Below are positions 29,085 to 35,848 of a stretch of DNA of 64,000 nucleotides, piece after piece (position 1 is the stretch's first letter; each line of letters begins with the position of its first letter). The stretch is taken from positions 5,795 through 69,794 of the forward strand of contig CAMXWF010000014.1 in the NCBI GenBank assembly GCA_947252645.1, written 5' to 3'. The translations under genes and the position numbers were made by a program. The notes under the pieces were generated by a model. That model searched no databases, was not told where the DNA came from, and saw only the letters and a program-made list of their open reading frames with translations. The stretch comes from an uncultured Bacteroidia bacterium (lineage in GTDB: Bacteria > Bacteroidota > Bacteroidia > Bacteroidales > CAJPTX01).

Positions 29085-29134
29085 CGATACATAGCCTCAA
29101 TGGTAGGGAATCATCTAAAATTTTTCATCCTCTC

Positions 29135-30688
29135 ATGTTTAAGAATCACCCCAAGGGTCTATTGGCCGCGGCGTTAAGCAACATGGGTGAGCGGTTCGGC
29201 TACTACATCATGAATGCCGTGCTGCTCCTGTTCCTGTGTTCGAAGTTCGGCATTTCCGATGCTGCTAGCGGCATCATCTATTCGGTTTTCTACGCGCTCA
29301 TCTATGTGCTCAGCTTGGTGGGGGGGATTATAGCCGATAGGTCGCAGAATTACAAGGGGACCATCATGACCGGGTTGGTCATCATGGCGGCTGGCTACGT
29401 GCTGATCGCCATCCCCATCTTGGCCACGGCGTCTAACAACGTGGCGCTGCTGGCCTTTACCTGTTTTGCCCTGTTGCTCATTGCCTTTGGTAATGGCCTG
29501 TTTAAGGGCAATTTGCAGGCCATAGTGGGCCAGATGTACGATAACCTGGAGGTGGAGGCCGCCAAGCAGAGCCCGGAGGCCCTGGAGAAGGCCAAGTCGC
29601 TACGCGACCCTGGTTTTCAGATCTTCTACGTGTTCATCAACATCGGCGGGCTAGTGGCGCCTTTTGTGGCGCCCCTGCTGCGCAATTGGTGGCTCAACGC
29701 GCATAGCTTGTCCTACAACGCGGCGCTGCCAGAGCTGTGCCACGCCTATTTGAATGATCCCAATTTGGCTGGTGACCAGCTCTCCAACCTGACAGCGCTG
29801 GTGCAGCAGGTGGGCGGCAGCGAGGTCTCTGTGGAGTTCTGCCAGTCCTACTTGAAGCTCTTCAACGAGGGGGTGCACTATTCGTTCATTGCCTCGGTGG
29901 TGGCCATGCTGATCTCGCTGTTGATCTTTGTGTTCACCCGCCGGATGATGCCCTCCCCTAAGAAGCAGGTGAAGTCGACCCAGTCGACCTATACGCCTGA
30001 GGAGCGCCGGGCCATGGCCGCGGAGATCAAGCAGCGCATGGCGGCCCTGTTTGCCGTGCTGGGTGTTGCGGTGTTCTTCTGGTTCTCCTTCCATCAGAAT
30101 GGGCAATCGCTCTCGGTATTTGCCCGCGATTTCATCACCACCGAGTCGATAGCGCCAGAGATTTGGCAGGCGGTCAATCCGTTCTTTGTCATCGTCCTTA
30201 CGCCGATTATCATTGCGCTCTTTGCCAGCTTGGCGCGTCGCGGCAAGGTGATCTCTACGCCTCGCAAGATCGCCATTGGTATGGCCATTGCGGCGCTGGC
30301 CTACATCTTCCTGCTGATCGTCTCCTCGGCCCTGGGCTACCCCTCGGGCGAGCAGTTCCGCGCCATGCCCCAGGAGGCCCAGGACGTGGCCAAGTCGGGC
30401 CCGTGGGTGCTGATTGTGACTTACTTCTTCCTCACCGTGGCTGAGCTCTTCATCTCCCCGCTGGGGCTTTCGTTCGTCTCCAAGGTGGCCCCGAAGCATC
30501 TGCAGGGCATCTGCCAAGGGCTCTGGTTGGGGGCCACGGCCGTGGGCAATCTGCTCATCTGGCTCGGCCCGCTGATGTACAACAAATTGCCGCTCTGGCA
30601 GTGCTGGTTGGTGTTTGCCTCGGTGTGCGTGGTTTCCATGGGCGTCATGCTGGGCATGGTGCGCTGGCTCGAACGGATCACGAAATAG
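29135..30688 (+). CDS. POT/PTR2-family proton-dependent oligopeptide transporter (MFS)
   Basis: 'GERFGYYIMNAVLLLFL' (ExxERFxYY motif) in a 517-aa polytopic protein. Confidence 0.85.
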   Translation: MFKNHPKGLLAAALSNMGERFGYYIMNAVLLLFLCSKFGISDAASGIIYSVFYALIYVLSLVGGIIADRSQNYKGTIMTGLVIMAAGYVLIAIPILATASNNVALLAFTCFALLLIAFGNGLFKGNLQAIVGQMYDNLEVEAAKQSPEALEKAKSLRDPGFQIFYVFINIGGLVAPFVAPLLRNWWLNAHSLSYNAALPELCHAYLNDPNLAGDQLSNLTALVQQVGGSEVSVEFCQSYLKLFNEGVHYSFIASVVAMLISLLIFVFTRRMMPSPKKQVKSTQSTYTPEERRAMAAEIKQRMAALFAVLGVAVFFWFSFHQNGQSLSVFARDFITTESIAPEIWQAVNPFFVIVLTPIIIALFASLARRGKVISTPRKIAIGMAIAALAYIFLLIVSSALGYPSGEQFRAMPQEAQDVAKSGPWVLIVTYFFLTVAELFISPLGLSFVSKVAPKHLQGICQGLWLGATAVGNLLIWLGPLMYNKLPLWQCWLVFASVCVVSMGVMLGMVRWLERITK

Positions 30689-30711
30689 CGCGGCACCACA
30701 GCTTGCTCTAC

Positions 30712-30753
30712 GGTGGTGGTCTGGTGCGTCCAGGCCGCCACCGCTTCGTTTTG
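30712..30753 (+). terminator. Candidate intrinsic terminator after the POT gene
   Basis: Imperfect hairpin GGTGGTGGTCTGG / CCAGGCCGCCACC followed by GCTTCGTTTTG. Confidence 0.4.
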
Positions 30754-31179
30754 AGGGGGGTAGGTTGCAGGTGCCAGCGCATGGGGTGAATGCCCTCCAG
30801 GGCCTGTCTCTCGGCGTGGGGCAGCCTAGCTGGCGGCATCTGATCGGCTTTTTGTAACTTCGCACGTTTTTGGTGAGATGTGGACTACTCCGTGGGGGCG
30901 ATATTGTAGTACGTCAATGATTGCAACGAGGGCACTTGCTGCTGTTACGGCACGCAGAGGCGCGTGATCGGTGGTGTGCAGGGGGTGTTGCCTTAGGTGA
31001 GAGTCCAGATACAGACACCGTGCCCTTGGATACCAAGGGCCTGTTCGCCGAGGATGATGTGCGTTGCGTGGAGGAGATTTCTGTACTTAAATAAATGATA
31101 ACAAGCGGCTTCCCTCCCACCTGGAATGTATGGGTGTGCTTTGAATTGCGAAGCCCATTTGATGCGTAGCCATACCTCG

Positions 31180-31187
31180 TAGGTTTG
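31180..31187 (+). promoter_or_regulatory. -7 box TAGGTTTG upstream of the TM2/DUF2752 pair
   Basis: Exact TAnnTTTG match 30 nt upstream of ATG 31218. Confidence 0.35.
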
Positions 31188-31217
31188 TGGGTGATTTTAG
31201 CGTAGGAGAATGAGCAT

Positions 31218-31555
31218 ATGGACGGTTCGATGAAAGTAGATGCCTTCATTTCGGCGTATAGTAGCTATTTCCCAGAGAAGATTCTGCCGGGGCTGCGGGA
31301 TCGGTTGCTGGAACTCGATGAGAGGCGCTGGTTTGTTATGTCTGCTGCGAAATTTAAGAATCCTACAACTTCTTTAGTCCTGTCGCTATTCCTGGGCGGG
31401 TTGGCATCGATAGGTTCTACATTGGTCATAATGGCCTTGGGATAGCAAAGCTGTTAACGAGTGGTGGGTGTCTAGCCTGGTGGTTCATTGACCTTTTTCT
31501 CATTCAAAAAGCAGCAAGAGAGGAAAACGCCAACCTTCTCTTGGCGCTACTTTAG
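31218..31555 (+). pseudogene. TM2 domain protein gene interrupted by a -1 frameshift
   Basis: Frame 0 reads '...SLVLSLFLGGLASIGSTLVIMALG*'. Shifting one nt at ~31401-31404 gives 'GIDRFYIGHNGLGIAKLLTSGGCLAWWFIDLFLIQKAAREENANLLLALL*', a textbook TM2 domain, with its stop at 31553-31555. Confidence 0.7.
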
Positions 31556-31598
31556 GTGCTTGTATAGTGGCCCCATTGCCCTGTGCAATCGGCTCGCT

Positions 31599-31979
31599 AT
31601 GCCAGGAGTTCTACGCGTGCGCCATGCAAGGCAACAGCAGGCTATTCTGCTTTGCCTTGCGCTCTTGGCGCTTGCTGCAGCGGGGTTCTTGGATTATCCC
31701 TACAGGTGTCCGTTGAATTACTTGACGGGCTTGCAGTGCCCCGGCTGCGGTGCGCAGCGCATGGCTTACCATCTCCTGCATGGAGATTGGTCTGCTGCCT
31801 ATGGCAGTAATGCCTTGCTGTTGCTGGCGTTGCCCTATTCAGTGCTGGGAGTGCTGCTGGATTTTTGGTTGCCTCGTCGATCTGTAGGAGGGTGGCTGCG
31901 CAATGCGTTTTACGGAAAGAAGGCCTACGCCATTGCCTTGGTGGTGGTAGCGCTATTTACTTGCTATAGGAATATGTAG
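31599..31979 (+). CDS. DUF2752 domain membrane protein
   Basis: 'CPLNYLTGLQCPGCGAQRM' matches the DUF2752 Cys motif. The start is placed at ATG 31599, after the TM2 stop. Confidence 0.7.
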   Translation: MPGVLRVRHARQQQAILLCLALLALAAAGFLDYPYRCPLNYLTGLQCPGCGAQRMAYHLLHGDWSAAYGSNALLLLALPYSVLGVLLDFWLPRRSVGGWLRNAFYGKKAYAIALVVVALFTCYRNM

Positions 31980-32246
31980 TCATATGGCGCGTGGTATAGC
32001 GAGTTAATTGCTGTGCGATTAGGGCAATCAAAAGGTGCGCGAGATGCGAGGCGGATTCGGAGCATAAAATGGGGGGGCGTGGTATAGTCGTGGAGAAATA
32101 GGCAAGAGAGCAGGTGTGGCTTTGGGTCTATTTCCCTGAGAATTTTGGGCCTAGCGGTTAGCAGTCCGCTGCAGCAGGATGTGCTAGTATGGAAGTGAGG
32201 GTAAGGGGTGGGGGCTTGACAGACTAGATGACCCGCAGTCTGAATT

Positions 32247-32527
32247 TTCGATGGGGGCTTTGAGCTTAGGATTGCCGATGCAGTAGCCGTGGTGGTCGTG
32301 TCGGTAGTGGGCAGGGAGTCTCTCGAAGTCCAGTCGGGCGGCGATGGGGGCCTGGGAGTCGTAGCTGAGGTCGTAGCCCATGGCCATATCGCTAAGCTCG
32401 TAGCCGGCTATGTGTGGGCGGTAGCTGTATCTTCTTGCGCAGGTGGCAGGTCGATATGGGGTAGGTGGGAATGCTCGGTGGGGGTGTAGAGGGCGAGTTG
32501 GGTGCCGTGGCGCTTGCTCTCGATGCC
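32247..32527 (-). pseudogene. Decayed fragment of the pdxB 3' end (copy 3)
   Basis: ~85% nt similarity by eye to 41385-41675 and 44998-45290. The translations 'GTQLALYTPTEHSHLPHIDLPPAQED' and 'MAMGYDLSYDSQAPIAARLDFERL' fall in two different frames. Confidence 0.75.
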
Positions 32528-33072
32528 CTTAAGACCCAGCCACAGTACGTGGCGGCCATCAGGGTGTGCGTGAAGGCTTGGCTTCGGGAGTTCTCCAACT
32601 ATCTGCTTTACAACTACACCGACACGCCGGCGGAGCTCTACCAGGGGCTCCGTATCGAGGTGGACCTCTGCGAGTGGCTCGTTGTGTGTATCTACTCCTT
32701 CCCCATGAAGTACCACCCTCTGCGCAAGAGAAGCGAGATCCAGGAGGACTATTCGCACGCTAGGAACTACATTGGTACGCACTGGAGTCGCAAGCATATC
32801 AGCGCTGTGCAGGCCATTTTAATAGCAATAAGGGCAAGATAGGGTGGGGTAAGACTTTCTTCGAGAGGCCCTTCGGTTGCGATCTTTCAATCTACCTTCT
32901 CCTGCTCGACACGCCAAAAGGCATAATTATCTACCGGCTCTTTTTCGAGTGGCTGGGCACGGAGGCGGCGAATGAATTTTCCTCGAATATTTTGGGGAGG
33001 GAGTGTCGTAGCATGTTGAGCAAAGCGTGGGAGCGTCTCCTGGTGACGATGGGGCGCAACGAGTTTAAGTAG
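32528..33072 (+). pseudogene. 5'-truncated, frameshifted C-terminal fragment of an unidentified conserved protein (I recall similar C-termini in radical-SAM-family proteins; unverified)
   Basis: Starts abruptly at the pdxB-fragment junction with '...LREFSNYLLYNYTDTPAELYQGLRIEVDLCEWLVVCIYSFPMKYHPL...NYIGTHWSRKHISAVQAIL'. After a frameshift near 32815 it continues as 'NSNKGKIGWGKTFFERPFG...IIIYRLFFEW...' to the stop at 33070-33072. Confidence 0.5.
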
Positions 33073-33152
33073 GGTGGAATAGCGTTGGATTCCCATCCCC
33101 TTGCTCATAAATTGCTTTTGTTCTACGTGGGCCCTCGGAAAGATCGCGGGGG

Positions 33153-33491
33153 CTAGGTGCGGCTCTTTACGCCCTGGAGGCGCGGTACGAGCGCGTCGAC
33201 TACGTAGAGGTCGTTGGCGAGTTCTTGCTGCGATTTGCCCATCGCATCCTCCAGGAATCTCACGCCTTGGCTCACTAGCTCCCCTACGGGCAGGTCCTCA
33301 TCGCTATCGTTGAGTGCTTGCTGTAGGTCATTGATCAGTTGCCCCTGCGGGTTCAGGAAGTAGCCCAGTTGGAACATGGCCAAGCTCATCACGAACCAGC
33401 TCTTGCCGTATTGGCGGACTGCATTGTATTCCTTGATGGCCTGTAGCGCGAAGGCGCAAATGGTGCGTAGCCCTGCGTGGGACTGCGCCAT
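33153..33491 (-). CDS. Hypothetical protein (112 aa), possibly the C-terminal remnant of a larger gene
   Basis: The frame is open a further ~30 codons upstream ('YSDRFDDELCTKFGATRCNEPKVTPYSPEA') without any start codon. No motif was recognised. Confidence 0.35.
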   Translation of the reverse strand: MAQSHAGLRTICAFALQAIKEYNAVRQYGKSWFVMSLAMFQLGYFLNPQGQLINDLQQALNDSDEDLPVGELVSQGVRFLEDAMGKSQQELANDLYVVDALVPRLQGVKSRT

Positions 33492-33665
33492 GGCCTCGGG
33501 GCTGTAGGGCGTTACCTTGGGCTCGTTGCAGCGGGTGGCGCCAAATTTAGTGCAGAGTTCATCATCGAAGCGGTCGCTGTAAAGTTAAGTTATTTTGGCT
33601 TTGCAGGTGTTTACAGTGTGGGCGGCAATGAGTGTGTCTGGGGGTGTTGGCGCATGCACGGGCCC

Positions 33666-35816
33666 CTAGCTACCTGATGCTATGGCCTCTTCCACGCTTA
33701 GTATGGCCTTATCGAGCAGCCCTTTGGCTTCCCGGCGCAGGGCAAAGCTTTGCTGGACTAGCATGCTTAGCTCATGCTGTATTGCCATGGGGAGGATCGG
33801 AATAGATACTTGCGCTATCTCTGCGGGCTTCCAATGCTGAATGATGGAACCGCCAGCGTCACGTTCGGCCTGCATTTGGATGGCTGGGGAGTTGAGTAAG
33901 AGCGTCAAGTAGTCTGGAAGGACCTTCGGACTTTTCACAGTCAAGTGCAAGATCGCACTGGAGGTGATCGCATTGAGATCTTTCTCCGTCTTGTAGGCGA
34001 TGCCTACGCTGCCGTCTTTGCTCAGGAGAATGGTGTCGCGCTGTGGGAGTAGGGTATTAGTAAAATCGCTAGGGGCTAGGTGTACGCTCGGTTGCTCAAT
34101 TCCGAATTTGCCCAGGTCGCTTACGCGGACAAAGGGAATGCCCGTTGCCTGGTAGGCCTCGCTACCTGGCTCTATGGATTTCTCAAACCTCACCAGCTCT
34201 CCTAGCGGACAGCAGCACAGAGTGGAAAGCTCCTTTGTCAGCCATTCGTACCTGGGCTGGTAGTACTCGGCATCGAGGCGACCGCTGCTATGGAGAGAGC
34301 TGGTAAGCGAAACGACACTGTACGAGGGTTTGTATGTAGGGTTACACGATGTTTCGCTCAAGCCCAGTTCGCGCAGTAGTAGCCGCATGGCGAGCTGAGA
34401 CTCACAAATGGCACGTATTATCAACTCGCTGATATTCAATAACTTAGCCCCCATGGGAGAGCTAACAGCTTGTTCTACAGAGACTTTGGCTGCCTCTAGC
34501 AGCCCTTTGGCCTCCTGGCGCAGGGCAAAGCTTTGCTGGATATGGTGGGCGATTTCCTCCTGCACATCAGCGCGGATAAGCGGTAGGGGGATTTGCTCTA
34601 GCTCCTGGCGGCTGATGCCCGATAGGATGGTGCCCGAGCAGCCTCGCCGCAGGAGCTGCTGGATAGGCTCGGAGAGAAAGAGAGTGAGGAGGGTTTCAGG
34701 ATTGAGTTTGTCTGATTGTACCACGTGGAATCCCGTGGAGCATAGGGCGCCATCGTAGTAGTCTGGTATCAGGGCGCAGCTGCCCAGCGAGCCCTCAATG
34801 GAGGAGACCAGCACGTCGTTTCGCTCTACTCTACGCCGGGCGCGGGATGGTAGCTCACAACCGGGTAGCTGGGTGCAGCCAGTGATGTCACCAGCCTTAC
34901 CTATATCTGCCAACTCGATGTAGCGGTACTCCTGGTTGGGTGCAGGGGAGAAGTTGGCCTCGTTGATGGTGCAGAGCTCGCCCAGGGGTGCTGCTCCCCC
35001 AGCATAGCGCTGCACGAGCTGCAGGTAGCTATCGTACTTAGGCTGGTAGAACTCGGCATCGAGGCGGCCGGTCTTGGCGAGGCTCTCTTGGAAGCTCCTT
35101 ACGTTCCATTTCCCAGTATTGGGGATAAAGCTTCCCATACCCAGGCACTCTAGCAGGTAGGCCTCGGCGGCGGAGTAGAGGGTTAAGGATTTTTGTAGGC
35201 ATGCTCGTGACTTTTGTATGCCATCAGCTATTTTTTGCTGTAATTCTCTCTGGATAAGTGGAATAGAGAGTTGATCAAAATCTTCAATGATTAGCCCCAT
35301 CTGCACAGAGCCACGCGTGTACCGTTCAATTTGCCATTGGCCGTACTTGCTTGAGAAAAAGGCTGCTATGTACTCTGGGAGGAGTTCATGGTTTGCGCGC
35401 ACTATGGCCAGCTTACAATTACAGGTAGCTGGTTTGTCATCGGTGAACAGAGCCACATCTCCAATGGTGCCAACGATAGATATAAGTACGTCGTTACGTT
35501 GGAGATGTGAACGTTTTAGAAAAGGCAGTGCATACACTTTGTATGGAATGCGATATGGTGAGCTATCCATATCGATGAAGAAACTATGCATATCTGTCCC
35601 GCGGTAGTAGGGGATTCCTTCAGCTGAAAAATGTTCACCTATGGCCATATGGTTCCCGTCCAGTACTTGAGCTTGAGTAGTGAGTGCTACCGCATTACAC
35701 GTTGCGAGTATCCTAGATGCAGCAACGAATTTTTTGAAGTAGAAGTTAGAGTCTAATCTTGATGTTCGTTCAAGCTCGCTCAGCTTGACTTCCGCGGCCT
35801 CTAGCCCCTCCAGCAA
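33666..35816 (-). CDS. hsdS: Restriction-modification specificity (HsdS-type) subunit with three target-recognition domains
   Basis: Three repeats of the TRD-start signature ('SRLDSNFYFKKF', 'GRLDAEFYQPKY', 'GRLDAEYYQPRY'), each followed by a variable region and a helical conserved region. 716 aa, TTG start, 32 nt after the M gene. Confidence 0.85.
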   Translation of the reverse strand: MLEGLEAAEVKLSELERTSRLDSNFYFKKFVAASRILATCNAVALTTQAQVLDGNHMAIGEHFSAEGIPYYRGTDMHSFFIDMDSSPYRIPYKVYALPFLKRSHLQRNDVLISIVGTIGDVALFTDDKPATCNCKLAIVRANHELLPEYIAAFFSSKYGQWQIERYTRGSVQMGLIIEDFDQLSIPLIQRELQQKIADGIQKSRACLQKSLTLYSAAEAYLLECLGMGSFIPNTGKWNVRSFQESLAKTGRLDAEFYQPKYDSYLQLVQRYAGGAAPLGELCTINEANFSPAPNQEYRYIELADIGKAGDITGCTQLPGCELPSRARRRVERNDVLVSSIEGSLGSCALIPDYYDGALCSTGFHVVQSDKLNPETLLTLFLSEPIQQLLRRGCSGTILSGISRQELEQIPLPLIRADVQEEIAHHIQQSFALRQEAKGLLEAAKVSVEQAVSSPMGAKLLNISELIIRAICESQLAMRLLLRELGLSETSCNPTYKPSYSVVSLTSSLHSSGRLDAEYYQPRYEWLTKELSTLCCCPLGELVRFEKSIEPGSEAYQATGIPFVRVSDLGKFGIEQPSVHLAPSDFTNTLLPQRDTILLSKDGSVGIAYKTEKDLNAITSSAILHLTVKSPKVLPDYLTLLLNSPAIQMQAERDAGGSIIQHWKPAEIAQVSIPILPMAIQHELSMLVQQSFALRREAKGLLDKAILSVEEAIASGS
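33715..33757. repeat. 43-nt direct repeat (copy 1) inside hsdS
   Basis: agcagccctttggcttcccggcgcagggcaaagctttgctgga; 41/43 identical to 34498-34540. Confidence 0.9.
34498..34540. repeat. 43-nt direct repeat (copy 2) inside hsdS
   Basis: agcagccctttggcctcctggcgcagggcaaagctttgctgga; lies 783 bp (261 codons) from copy 1. Confidence 0.9.
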
Positions 35817-35848
35817 GGCCCTGTAGCGGGTCTCGTTGAAGGGGCGGC

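Noticed and set aside
28757-29092. ORFs in the cbiB-POT spacer (111 aa minus strand, 86 aa plus strand)
   Set aside because: They are mutually overlapping, Pro/Arg/Gly/Ala-rich, without motifs or start context.
29651-30865. 404-aa minus-strand ORF antisense to the POT transporter
   Set aside because: The translation is Arg/His/Gly/Gln-rich and low-complexity. The plus strand encodes a clear PTR2-family transporter.
30914-31249. 111-aa minus-strand ORF upstream of the TM2 gene
   Set aside because: It overlaps the TM2 promoter and start, has no recognisable features, and its composition is atypical.
31988-32088. 11-nt direct repeat GCGTGGTATAG (31988-31998 and 32078-32088) near the left edge of the mosaic, considered as an att-like site
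   Set aside because: It is short enough to occur by chance, has no matching copy at the other segment borders, and no recombinase is nearby.
32887-33108. 73-aa minus-strand ORF
   Set aside because: It lies antisense to the more coherent, though frameshifted, plus-strand gene fragment, and has no motifs.
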